Source: Octopus bimaculoides (lineage: Eukaryota). From it: a DNA stretch of 64,000 nucleotides. Positions 39,685 through 51,046 of this stretch are shown here, one piece after another. Location of the stretch: the NCBI RefSeq assembly GCF_001194135.2, contig NC_069003.1:5728984-5792983 (forward strand), written 5' to 3'. Each line of letters starts with the position of its first letter. Position 1 is the first letter of the stretch. The notes under the pieces are model-generated. The model ran no database searches. It worked only from the letters and a program-made list of their open reading frames with translations, and was not told the origin of the DNA. A program made the position numbers and the translations under genes.

Positions 39685-40140
39685 CATCATCAACCATCAT
39701 CAAGGTCCCTTAACTGATGCAGTCAGTCATTGGGGCATCACTCCAGGCAATTTCATAGTCAGCCATTGCCATTGGTCTCTCTTCTCTGCCTAGTAAAGTT
39801 CCCTATATTTTCTCTGCCTCTCGTTCGCCCTCCCTGAAGAATTGTTTTGGACAGGGAATTGTATCAGGGCACATGACCATACCAGGCAAGCTTTTGTCTT
39901 TTTATCTGAACAAGAGTGGTTCCTGTCTGCCAGCATATTTGTTGTCTTGCTGTCTGACAAAGCTGTTCATTTTGTGCTCTGTGCCCAAGACATGTAATAG
40001 CCTTCTGAAGCACATGTGCTCTAATACCAGGTTTCTTTGCTCTGTCAACTGTAAGAGTCCAGTTCTCACACCCATCAGGGTCTCGTACACTCTGAGTCTT
40101 GTTGAAAAAACTAATGGAATTCCTTTTCCATATGTTGTTT
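39685..40140 (-). mobile_element. RTE-clade LINE 3' fragment (second RTE lineage)
   Basis: FSTRLRVYETL..EHMCFRRLLHVLGTEHKMNSFVRQQ...GRQEPLL, frameshift, then IKRQKLAWYGHV.*.NSLSKTILQG; ends in a (GAT)n-like tail. Confidence 0.85.
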
Positions 40141-40429
40141 TTAACTTCATTGCTGTGTACATCTGAATTTTAAAAAAATAAAAGATGTTAACTTCCATTG
40201 TCAGTAGACAACATATGTTGTATGTAATGGCTTGTATAGTAAATGTTGTAACTAATCTAATCAGTAGCTTGTTATCTTCTTAAGGGAAGGATTGGTGAAT
40301 CTCTCTCCCTCCCTCCCTCATTTTACATCCACCATTAACACTACCCTGATTCTACTGATTTCTTTAGTTATATAAAGTTAAGGTTCTTTTAATTGACCTG
40401 ATAAATGTTTTCTATTCAGAGTACAAAAT

Positions 40430-40470
<41 letters not shown>

Positions 40471-40521
40471 ATATAATTGTGCTTGCATGTTTGTGTGCGC
40501 GCGAGTGTGTGTGTGTATATA

Positions 40522-40557
<36 letters not shown>

Positions 40558-40904
40558 TGTGTATGCATGTTGGGTAATATAAACAGGATAATAGTCAAAA
40601 TATGTGTGTGTATACATATATACATAGGTGCAGACATGTCTGTGTGGTAAGAAACTTGCTTCCTAACCACATGGTTCTGAGTTAGATTTCTTCAGCATGG
40701 CCACAGTCAAATAACTGAAATGTATAAAAGAGTATATATGTATGTATGTTTATATATATATATGTATGTATGTATATGTTTATATATTTATATATATATA
40801 TATATACATACACACATACATACATGGAAATGGATGCATGCCATTCAATTAAATAATTATATAAATAATATATATATATTTACATATGTATATATGGGTA
40901 CAGG

Positions 40905-41228
40905 ATGTCACTAACTGTAAACAACATGAAATACGAAAACAAGCAAGTTAAATACGCAAACAACTTCGTTTTGGGATTACTAATACTTTATTATCTCCCC
41001 TTCTTCCTAGTTCTCATGTCTACCTTTGTCCAGCCAGTCACCATGATTGGCCGCTTACCCCGCAAATCTTTTTATTCTCTCTCTGTTTATTTCCTTGTGT
41101 TCCTTTCTGCTGAAGAGCGTAGGCTTGAAACATAAAAGACTTTCTCACCTTCCTGAGCGTCAAACTAATACACCTGCTTGTTGTTTATACACCTGTCTTC
41201 ATCTATTGTTTTTCTGTAAATTTCAACT
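40905..41228 (+). mobile_element. Probable Penelope-like element terminal fragment carrying a decayed hammerhead motif
   Basis: 41102-41138 CCTTT-CTGCTGA-A-GAG-CGTAGG-CTT-GAAAC-ATA-AAAG has minimal type I hammerhead topology. Element boundaries uncertain. Confidence 0.5.
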
Positions 41229-41325
41229 ATGCACGCACACACAGACACACACACACATGCATAGTAGCAAAAAAGGAAGAAGAGAATTTCGATTATCCCC
41301 ACGTAGTGAGTTGTAATGTGAAAAC

Positions 41326-41617
41326 GCTATATATAGTATAAAAGAAGGAAAATGCACAGTTTACATAGTTTTAATATATTTTATAAATGAAAGAGTATTG
41401 TGTTTGTCGACCAGTTTCACTTTCGCTAATAAGGACTTTGAAATTATAATAATTTTGTATTTTCTTAGGAAGATTTACAATAATTACAATAATTTCAGTG
41501 TCATGATTAGCAAAAGTGAAACCGGTCGACAAACACAATACTCTTTCACTTATAAGATATATTAAAACTATGTAAACTGTGTGGATTTTCGTTCTTTTAT
41601 ACTATTTATATATTAGC
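41326..41617. repeat. Long palindrome / foldback element
   Basis: 41355-41430 pairs with 41506-41581 at 72 of 76 positions; pairing extends outward and partly into the spacer. Confidence 0.9.
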
Positions 41618-42373
41618 TTCTTTCAGTTATCAGACTGCAGCCATGCTGGGTCATCCCTTTGAATTCTTTAGCCAAACAAATTGATCTCAGTACTTATTTT
41701 TCAGTTCTTTTTACTAAACTAAGTTAAGAGGACGTAAACAAACCAACACTGGTTGTCAAGTGATAGTACGGACAAACACATACAATCCCAGCATGGCCAC
41801 AATCTAACAACTGAAACAAGTAAAAACTAAAAGATTATACTTCTTTTCTTTTACCTTTTTTATGTGTATGTATGTGTGTGTGTGTGTGGTGTGCCTGGGG
41901 AGTGGGGGTGCATTGGGGTTGTGTTCTGACCCTTTATTTTAACAAAAAAGTTTATAAACAAACAACCATTCTGTGTTATGTTTTTATTAGAATTCCTTAG
42001 ATAGGCAGCTATATATGCTCTGTCGACAAATATTATCTCCTGGCTTCAGTTACAATTGCAGTTGGCTGCTAACTACACTAAGCTGCGTTCCACCCTCACA
42101 CAAGTAATAATAATAATAATGATGATGATGATGATGATGATGGTAATGATAATAACTATAATAAAGTCTTTATATACATTGTGGGTTGTTGCCTTTACTG
42201 TAAATGTATATATAGGCATCGTTTGATGACATATAAGCTCAGTAATTCTTGATTAGTGGCCGTTCTTAATCTGACAATTTCTGCTAGAATTTATTCCGAG
42301 ATGCAGGGCGGGGAAGTAAGGAAAACAAAATCAAACAATTGGAGTAATGCATGTTCTAATTCCAACATTTGTG

Positions 42374-42425
<52 letters not shown>

Positions 42426-43784
42426 TGTATATATGAAGCTGTCTGCAAAGCTTAAGTGTTTGGCTTTGTTCCATGCTATCCTCGCCCCCACCCACTTCTA
42501 TTCAGATTGCACACCCCATCACTATCTCTTTGCTACTCTTTATTTTCTTTGTATAATTCTCCATAAGTAATATCACAATAAATTCCATTTTTTTCCCCGA
42601 ATATTACTGTTATTGTTATACTGATGGACTAAAAAATTGAGAACTGATAAAAGGTTTGAATCAGTGGTTCTCAACCATTTTTTATCTGTGGGCCTCTTTG
42701 TTTACTGTTTTATTCTGGTGGACCCAGGCTGTCCAAAGTCTTGTGAGTGCATTTGGTAGACAAGACTGAAAGGAGGCATGTGTCTTTGTTTGTCCTCCAC
42801 CACCACCTGACAACCAGTGTTGGTATGTTTATGTCCCCATAATGTAGCGATTCAGCAAAAGAAGCCAATAGAATGAGTACCAAGCTTTGACAAAAAAAAA
42901 GGTACTGGGGTCAATTCGTTTATTAAAATTCTTCAAGATGGTGCCCCAGTACAGCCACAGACTGAAACAAGTAAAAGAAAAAAAGATATTTTTAAGAATA
43001 TCATCAGCTGCCTGCCACTTTAGAAAAGGCATTAGAAGACCTAAGCCATTCTCTGCACTACACTTATTATTATTAGAAACAACAAGATCCTCCTTCACTG
43101 ATAAACCTCAAGCACTAATGAGTTTTCAGAACCTTCCTACATCATTTTTTTTCTACCATTACATTGCTTTTAAATTATACCAGCCAGTCAGCCAGCCAGC
43201 AATCTAGTCAGTCAGTCAAACAGTCAGTCAGCTGTTGTTAGTTTATTGAACTTGCTGGCACCACCATTTCTACACCTATTCAAGAACTACTTCTGGTGAG
43301 ACAGTATGAAAAATAGATAAATAGATAAATAAAATGGTGAGACAGCTCTGCAAGTCTGACTGTCTACTTCAGTCTCAAGTTCATTTTGGTAACCACCCAT
43401 GTTTTAAGTCAAAGTGTAACATGTCATTCAGTATTTTCAGCATAATGTTAACCACACTAATATCACCTCCTCTTCCTTTCACCATTTTACTCCAAAAAAA
43501 AAAAAAAAAAAATCTTCCCACGTTCTATAAGTACACTATTTTCATTATTTCCTGTCGAGAACAACAGGTAGGTCAAGGCATGGCTGTGTGGTTAGCAAGT
43601 TTGCTTTGCAACTGTGTAGTTTAGGGTTCGATTCCACTGCACAGCACCTTTGGCAAGTGTTTTCTACTATAACCCCAGGCTGATCAATGCCTTGTATATA
43701 AATTTGCTAGATGGAATCCATGAGGGAGTCCATCTTGCAGATGTATGTATGTATTTCTTTGAGTTCTGTTTAGGTGCTTCTTGA

Positions 43785-43997
43785 CCCCTTTGTTACTGTA
43801 TTTATTTTGAGATGCTCTCTGTTTCTTTCAATTAATTTTAAATAAAACAAAGAATTTAGTAAAATAACTTAGTTATCATTCAGCTGGTGTTAGGAACTTA
43901 AATTGTGACTAAGGTTTGGTGGAAGATTCTAATTCAAAACTTATGAAAACAAGACATTTGTACTCAGAGCGAGAGCCGGTTTCAGCCGAGTTGGTAA
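43785..43997. mobile_element. TTAA-type (piggyBac-like) MITE
   Basis: Begins TTGA|CCCCTTTGTTACTGTATTTATTTTGAGATGCTC. Related to the host element at 11054 and to 61310-61490. Confidence 0.55.
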
Positions 43998-44137
43998 CCT
44001 AGTATTTCTAGGTTTTTGTGTAAATTTGTAGGTACATAGCCTAATGCACCTAACGATGATGGCTACAAATGAGAATTTGTAGTCAGGGTACAAGAGTTCT
44101 AAGGTCTGCATTAATTCATCATAAATGTTCTCTTTTA
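43994..44137 (-). mobile_element. R4/NeSL-type LINE endonuclease-end fragment
   Basis: KENIYDELMQTLELLYPDYKFSFVAIIV, +1 frameshift, then GALGYVPTNLHKNLEILG. Confidence 0.75.
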
Positions 44138-44235
44138 TGTATGCCTGCATGCATGCATATGTGTGTGTGTGTCTTTGTGTTTGTCTCACACCACTTAACC
44201 AATGTTGTTTTCTCGTTTATGTATTTTAGTCATTG

Positions 44236-44561
44236 TGAAGGCACATGGCTTAGTGGTTAGGGCATTTGGCTCATGATTGTAAGGCCACGAGTTCAATTCT
44301 CGGCGAAGCATTGTGTCCTTGAGCAAGACACTTTATTTCACATTGCTCCAGTCCACTCAGCTGGCAAAGATGAGTAGTTCCTGCATTTCAAAAGAGCCAG
44401 CCTTGTCACATTCTGTGTCACATTAAATTTTCCTGAGAACTACGTTAAGGGTACATACATCTGTGGAGTACTCAGACACTTACGCATTAACTTCATGAGT
44501 AAGCTGTTCCATTGATCAGATCAACTAGAACCCTCGTCGTCATGACCGACGGAGTGCCAGT
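44236..44561 (+). mobile_element. tRNA-derived SINE family D nested in a B1 tail
   Basis: A-box TGGCTTAGTGG, B-box GAGTTCAATTC, body TGTGTCCTTGAGCAAGACAC..CCAGTCCACTCAGCTG. 14-bp TSD TATTTTAGTCATTG / TATTTCAGTCATTG. Confidence 0.8.
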
Positions 44562-46404
44562 TATTTCAGTCATTGGACTATGGCCATGCTGAGGCTCCAA
44601 GTTGAAGGGTTGAGTTCAACAAATCAACCCCAGCACTTTTTTTTTTCTAAAGCCTGGTACTTAATCTATCAGTCTCTTTTTGTTGAATTACTATGTCATG
44701 GGGACATAAACAAACCAACACCAGTTGTTAAAAGATTATGGGTATAAACACACACACACACATGTATAAATACGATAGGCTTCTTTCAGTTTCCTTCTAC
44801 CAAATCTACCCACAAGACTTTGGTTGGCTTGTGGCTATAGTAGAAGATATTCGCTCAAGGTGCCACGCAGTGGGACTGAACCTGGAACCATGTGGTTGGG
44901 AAGCAAATTTCTTACCAAACAGCCATGTAATTTTTTTTCTGAGATACATATTCAACTGTAGCATTTATCTCTAATTTCAGCGGGATCCCAATGTAAGAAG
45001 AGATTATCTCCGTCTACGAAGCCAGCTCCTCACCGCACGATATGGAAGTCCAGCTTTCTCAGATCAAAGGTAGGCTTGACCTCTCCAGAGATTATATATT
45101 TTGCAGTATTTAAGATCATTATTTGTGATAAACTATTTAAAGGCAGTGAGTTGGCAAAATTTTTGGTGCATCATACAAAATATTAAGCAGCATTTCTTCC
45201 AGCTCACAACATTCTGAGTTCAAGTCCTGCCAGTGTCAGCTTTGTCTTTCATCTTTTAAGGGTCAATGAAATAAGTATCAGTTAAGCACTGAGGTCGATA
45301 TAATGGACTTCCCCTTCCCTTTAAAAGTGCTGGCCTTGTGCTAATTTAGATAAAATTATTAGTGATAGACTATTTGTTTTTTGCCCTCAATTCCAACAAT
45401 AACCCCTCCCTCTAAGCTTCATTTCCAGTGATAAATTATTTGATTTATTTTTGCCCCATTTCCAGTCATAAACTATTGTTTTTGTCTTCCCAAAATCTTT
45501 TGATAAAGTATTTACTTTTTTTTTTTTTTTTACCTCAATCCCAGCAATATAAACCTCTTGTTTTGATTTTTCATTAAATTCAATCAATAAACAATGTTTC
45601 TCCTTCACTTTCAACGAAAACTATATTATCATTATTATTTTTTTTTTTTTTGTGTCCCCAATTTTATCAACGAATCATTTTTCCCTCCTTGATTCCAACA
45701 ATAAACCATTATTACTTCTTTTTATTTGCTTTCAATTCTGTTGAGGAACTATTTGTTTATCACCCACAAATCTTCAAAAATAACCCAAACTATTCAACAT
45801 GGGGAGAATTTAACATTAGTGTGCATAGAAAAAACATTACTTTAATTCTCACATAATTTATGTCTAAAATCAATTTTTTTCTCTCATTAATGTTTTGTTA
45901 TATTTTCTTCTAAGTTTGGTATTTTATACAATTTAATACAATTGGAATTGAAAGGTCATTCCTGAAATACAACATTTTAAAAAAAATATATTTTCCTGAT
46001 ATAATAGAATTATCATTTATCTTTCTTCTACACTGTTTGTTTATGCTTTCCCAATTTACAAATTAATGTTTGATTTAAATAATTTATTACATTTTATTAT
46101 CTAACTCCATAATTTTCGCTCTAAATATTCATAATAAATAAAGACATTATAAATTTTACACATTTAAAAAAAAAAATGAAATTTAGATTTCTCGTTTTGA
46201 TATCCTATTACCATAAAATATGTTTTAGTTTTGGTATTCTTTTGTCATAATAAATATATATATATCTGTATGTTTGATGCCTTCTTGCTATAAATTATAT
46301 GTAGGTTTGATGTTCTCTTACTACAAACATATCTTGATTTTTATATCTTCATGTCATAAATGCAGGTTTAATATCCTCAAAGTACAAAGTTCTTTGTTCT
46401 CTAT

Positions 46405-46860
46405 CATCATCATCATCATTATTATTATTATTATTATTATACTAAAGCAGTCTTATTTTTATTGCGTGCATTCACTGCACTACCAAGCACAGCTGTGCGT
46501 GTCTTAGATACATGCTGTTGGGTATTGTTTTGGTGTTGTTATTTTTACTGTATTTGAAAGTGCTCTGCATAAGATCTGTGTGTGATGCCAAGCAGTGCTA
46601 TTTTCTGTATGTTATATATATTCATAAGTTTTGGTGTTTTGGTTATGCATTTGTCTATGCTTTTAGATCACACTAAACCATCTATTATTATAGGGATTGT
46701 TTCTGTTTTTCAGGGCCCACATATGACGTTATTTCTATTCCTAGATTTTTGTGTTTTGAATGTTTCTCCATTTCATTTTAGAGAGTCATCGTCATCTGTT
46801 GTGACTGATATTTTGATTAGGAGGCATTTTATTTTTCTTTCTTGGTGGTCCTTGGCAAAA
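46405..46860 (-). mobile_element. R4/NeSL-type LINE 3' end (RLE domain, stop at 46545, 3' UTR, (ATA)n tail)
   Basis: Frameshifted remnants KCLLIKISVTTDDD, ETIPIII, KCITKTPKLMNIYNIQKIALLG, ending ALSNTV*/SIQ*; AATAAA then an (ATA)n tail. Confidence 0.8.
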
Positions 46861-46872
46861 ATTGGTTATTAT

Positions 46873-47155
46873 TAAGGCAGTGTACTGGCATTACTGTACT
46901 GGAAAAAATGCTTAGCAGCATTTCTCCTGACTTTACATTCTGATTTCAAATGCTACTGGGGTCAACTTTGCCTTTCATCCCTTCAGGGTTGATAAAATCA
47001 GTACCTGTTGAGCACTGGGGTCAATGTAATCCACTTACCCCCTCCCTGAAATTGTTGGCCTTGTGTCAAAATTTGAAACCATTATGAAGGCAGTGAGCTT
47101 GACAGAATTATTAGCACACCTGACAAAATGCTCGGTATCTTTACATTTCTGAGTT
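46873..47155 (+). mobile_element. Family A SINE plus a partial copy interrupting the R4-type LINE
   Basis: Heads at 46875 and 47085; core TTGCCTTTCATCCCTTCAGGGTTGATAAAA. Confidence 0.7.
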
Positions 47156-47250
47156 CTGCCTTCTTCTTTTCTTGGTAGGTTGAGCCTATTGATATCACTT
47201 TTAAGGTGGCACACATTGTGCATTGGGAGTTGCTTCTTAGTTCTATGTAA
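47155..47250 (-). mobile_element. R4/NeSL-type reverse transcriptase fragment
   Basis: RTKKQLPMHNVCHLKSDINRLNLPRKEEGR matches the TRK.MTM..ALHP..D.DRLY.PRK.GGRG motif. Confidence 0.75.
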
Positions 47251-47286
47251 GTTATTATTCATTTTCTGAAACCTTTTCTGGAGTGT

Positions 47287-47653
47287 GCCTTGTTGTTGTA
47301 AGGTGGAAGTATTGCTTTCAACCGCATTTGTTTGTTTGTCTGTGCATGGACAAGGTATCTCAAGAACCGCTGGATGGATTCAGATGAAACTTTCAGAGAT
47401 GTTTGGCCTCCTGACTGGCACAAACTGATTAGATTTTGGGATCAATCTGGTACTGGACAAGGATTCTGGTTTATTTTTCCTGTTTTTTTACTTAATTTTT
47501 GAGAGCGGTTGGGTTCATTTTTAGTATTCTCATTTGTGAGTGCAGTTGAGTTTATTTCAAATATTCTCATTTTAAAAATCATCTCTGGCCAATCATTGAG
47601 AGGATGTTGGTGTTGCTTTGGTGGAGGTTTGCACTCTCTCTAAGTGCTCTTGT
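47287..47653 (+). mobile_element. Helentron-associated non-autonomous element (HINE/DINE-like)
   Basis: TTTGTTTGTTTGTCTGT..TCTCAAGAACCGCTGGATGGATTCAGATGAAACTT body; 3' end TTGGTGGAGGTTTGCACTCTC..AGTGCTCTTGTT, typical of this class. Confidence 0.6.
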
Positions 47654-47924
47654 TGTTGTTATTATTATTATTATTATTTTATTATTGTTGTTGTTATAAT
47701 TATTATTATCATTATTATGGCCTTGTACCGAAATTTGAAACCATTATCATCATCATTATTATTTGTCTTAACCATCAGAAAATATTGTTGAATAAATTAT
47801 TGTTGCCAATGTAAAAATTTTAAAAAAAAGAAATAAAAAATGAAACAAATAAAATAGAATATTGAATCTGTTATTGTTTGATTCTGATTTAAAGAGAAAC
47901 AAAACGCAAATTTGTCTTTTGCAG

Positions 47925-47979
47925 CAGTTTACGTAGCCGTGCTTTGAGTTTACGTAGTCTCAGCAGGAACACAGTTGAA
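47925..47979 (+). CDS. Candidate internal exon (55 nt; alternative donor gives 47925-47988) xSLRSRALSLRSLSRNTVE(VSS)
   Basis: Acceptor TTTGTCTTTTGCAG(CAG)| of NAGNAG type; donors GAA|GTAAGC and TCT|GTGAGT in the same phase. CpG-rich island within AT-rich unique flanks. Phase 2->0 frame open. Confidence 0.45.
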
Positions 47980-48060
47980 GTAAGCTCTGTGAGTACATGC
48001 AAGGCTTTTCTGCATTTCTACTTTTCTTTCATTTCGTTGGATTTTATATTATTATTATTA

Positions 48061-48101
<41 letters not shown>

Positions 48102-48649
48102 TTCTTTTTAGTTTAAACATTCATGCTGCTGCTTAGAAAAATCTTGCCGTTGATTTCTCATGAATTAAAATCATTTTCATTGATTGTATTCATGTAATTT
48201 ACTAATTATAAATAATTAGCCAAGCTTAATAACTTATAGAAAATTAATATCTCTTTCTTAAATATCAATTTTTTTTTTTTTTTTTTTTTGCAGAAAAGGT
48301 AAAAAAAAAAGTTAATAATTGTGGGAGAGGTTTTGACAAAAAAAAAAACAAAGAATATTAAAAAAAAATCAAAGAATGTTCTATTATTTCTTGTTGATTA
48401 GATACTGAAATAGGAAACATTTAGTTGTTTTAATTAATGTATTTCATCAAACTGAAAGAAAGATGCCCTGAAATCTTGAAATTTGTTAGTTTTACATTTC
48501 ATCCACTTCATTTAGGATGATAATACTACTACTACTGCATGGTAAAGGTAAATCAACCAGCCACCCGACCAGCCAACCAGCACTTTCTAATGAGGCAAAT
48601 TTCATTGCAGTTCTACTTCATCATCTTCTCATATTCAACATTTGTCATT

Positions 48650-48935
48650 ATAGTAGTAGTAGTAGTAGTAGCAGCAGCAGCAGTATCAGTAATAGTAGTA
48701 GTATCATTAGTAATAGAGGCAGCAGTAGTTTTAGTAGTAGTAGTAGTAGTAGCAGTAGCAGCAGCAGTTTTAGTAGTAGTAGCAGCAGCAGTAGCAGCAG
48801 CAGTAATAGTAGTAGTAGTTGTTGTAGTAGCAGTAGTAGTTGTAGTTGTAGAAGCAGCTGCAGTAGTAGTAGTAGTAACAGCAGCAGTGGCATCAATAAT
48901 AGTAGTGGTGGTAGTGGTAGTAGTAGTAGTGGTGA
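48650..48935. repeat. (AGT/AGC)n compound triplet microsatellite
   Basis: Direct reading; source of the poly-S, poly-V and poly-L ORFs. Confidence 0.95.
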
Positions 48936-49120
48936 CAGCGGTAGAAGTTCCTCAGTTTATAATCATGCAATAGGTCAATTAGTGTTAACATATTTAACTG
49001 GTCGTTAGCAACCCACTCGGTTCTGGATTCAGTCTTTCAGGGAAGCGTCTTCTTCAAAGTCTCTTTCCATAATGTCAGCTTAACAAAAACCTTGTTAGTG
49101 AAATTTTGATAGACAATAAG

Positions 49121-49156
<36 letters not shown>

Positions 49157-49372
49157 ATGGTCATTGTTTTAACATCTATTTTTCTATGCTTGTATGGGTC
49201 CAATGAGAGTAAGTTGGGGCAGAGATATTATGTGGCCAGACATCCTTTCTGATGCCAGCCCTCACCTGTAACCTTGTCATTCTAACAACAACAAACAGTC
49301 TGGACATGGTTATACAGAGAGGAACAGGAAATAAATGACCCTATACAAACAGACCCTTTGTCATTTATCATA

Positions 49373-49706
49373 GAAGGTGTGTAGCTTAGTAGTTAGGGTA
49401 TTTGGCTCACGATTGTAAGGTCGTGAGTTTGATTCCTGGTGGTGCATTGGGTCCTTGAGCAAGACACTTTATTTCATGTTGCTCCAGTCCACTCAACTGG
49501 CAAAAATGAGTTGTACCTGTATTTCAAAGGTCAGCCTTGTCACACTCTGTGTCACGCTGGATCTCCCCGAGAACTATTTTAAGGGTACACGTGTCTGTGG
49601 AGTGCTCAGCCACTTGCACGTTAATTTCACGAGCAGGCTGTTCCGTTGATTGGATCAACTGGAACCCTTGTCATCGTAACCAACGGAGTGCCACGATGAT
49701 GATGAT
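49373..49706 (+). mobile_element. SINE family D, second copy
   Basis: Colinear with 44236-44561 through to ACGGAGTGCCA; (GAT)n tail. Confidence 0.8.
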
Positions 49707-50454
49707 GCTTTTGAGGCAAGTGCTGATAGTAATTGATGATAATTATTGTGGATTTTTACGGCTGAAATATTGGATAATTGTTTAGATTAGAAGCAGCAGT
49801 TTTACAAGTTCTATATATTTTTTTTTTTTTTTTTGAGACTCANNNNNNNNNNTCTATATATTTTTTTTTTTTTTTTTGAGACTCACTACTGCTGCTGCTA
49901 CTGAGGCTACTACTGCTGCTGCTGCTATGCATGATTCAAGTCTGAAAGCTGAACACAGAAATTTTACTTAACATATTATGATATTTGATTAATTGATATC
50001 CAATATGGCATTTGGTTTGAAAATTCTCTTTGAATATAAGTTGTATTGCAAGTCACTCAGAGTAACTCTTTAGTTCAAAAGAGAGAGAGGGGGGGTAACT
50101 AATGGGAGGAGGAGTGGGAAGAGGTGTCTCAATGACTGCTATGTCAATAATAAACACCTCAACAATGAAAATCCAGCAAGGTGAGTGGATGGTGGCTACC
50201 ATTCAATGGTCATAAATCTTATACTTTTATTTGTGTATTTATTAAATTTTTTTTTTTTTTTTTTGGTTTTTCATTTGTTTCTTGGTTTGTTTGTTTTTGA
50301 AAACACTGTTTATTATTTGGGAATTTTTTCCAATCATAAAATAGAATAACTGGATGATTGATTGTGTAAGTGTACTTGACCAACAAGACTGTGTCTTCGT
50401 GGTCAAGTATAACAACCATAGGCTATAATAATAAGAATAATGATGATGACAATA

Positions 50455-51046
50455 ATTCTAATTTTTGGCACAAGGCCAGCAATTTCATAGGAGCAGGGTT
50501 GGGGGGTGCTAGTCTATTACATTGACCCCCAGTGTTCAACTGATACTTATTTCATCGACCCTCAAGGGATGAAAGGCAAAGTCCACCTCAGTGGATAAGA
50601 TGCTGCTAAGCATTTTTTCCACTGTGCATCTTTCTAATTTTTTGGCACAAGGCTTGCACTTTTTTGAGGGAAGGGGGTTAATTGATTATAGCACACCTTC
50701 CCCTCCCCATGTTCAGTTGGTACTTATTTTATTGACCCCGAAAAGATGAAAGGCAAAGTCAACCTCAGTGAAATTTGGACTCAAAGCATAAAGAGTCAAA
50801 ACAATAATAATAATGATGATGATAATAATAATCCTTTCTACTATAGGCACAAGGCCTGAAATTTGGGGGGAGGGGGCTAGTCGACCATATCAACCCCAGT
50901 GCATAACTGGTATTTATTTCATTTACCTTGAAAGGATGAAAGGCAAATTTGACCTCAGCAGAATTTGAACTCAGAACGTAAGGATGGATGAAATACCATT
51001 AGGCATCTTGCCCAGCGTGCAAACGCTTCTGCCAGCTTGCCACCTT
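50455..51046 (-). mobile_element. Chain of three minus-strand family A SINEs
   Basis: Reverse core at about 50560, 50735 and 50930, separated by (AAT/GAT)n. Confidence 0.75.

Noticed and set aside
48294-48298. 5-nt microexon-like TTTTGCAG|AAAAG|GTAAAA
   Set aside because: Frame-shifting size, and the signals are readily produced by adjacent poly-T and poly-A runs.
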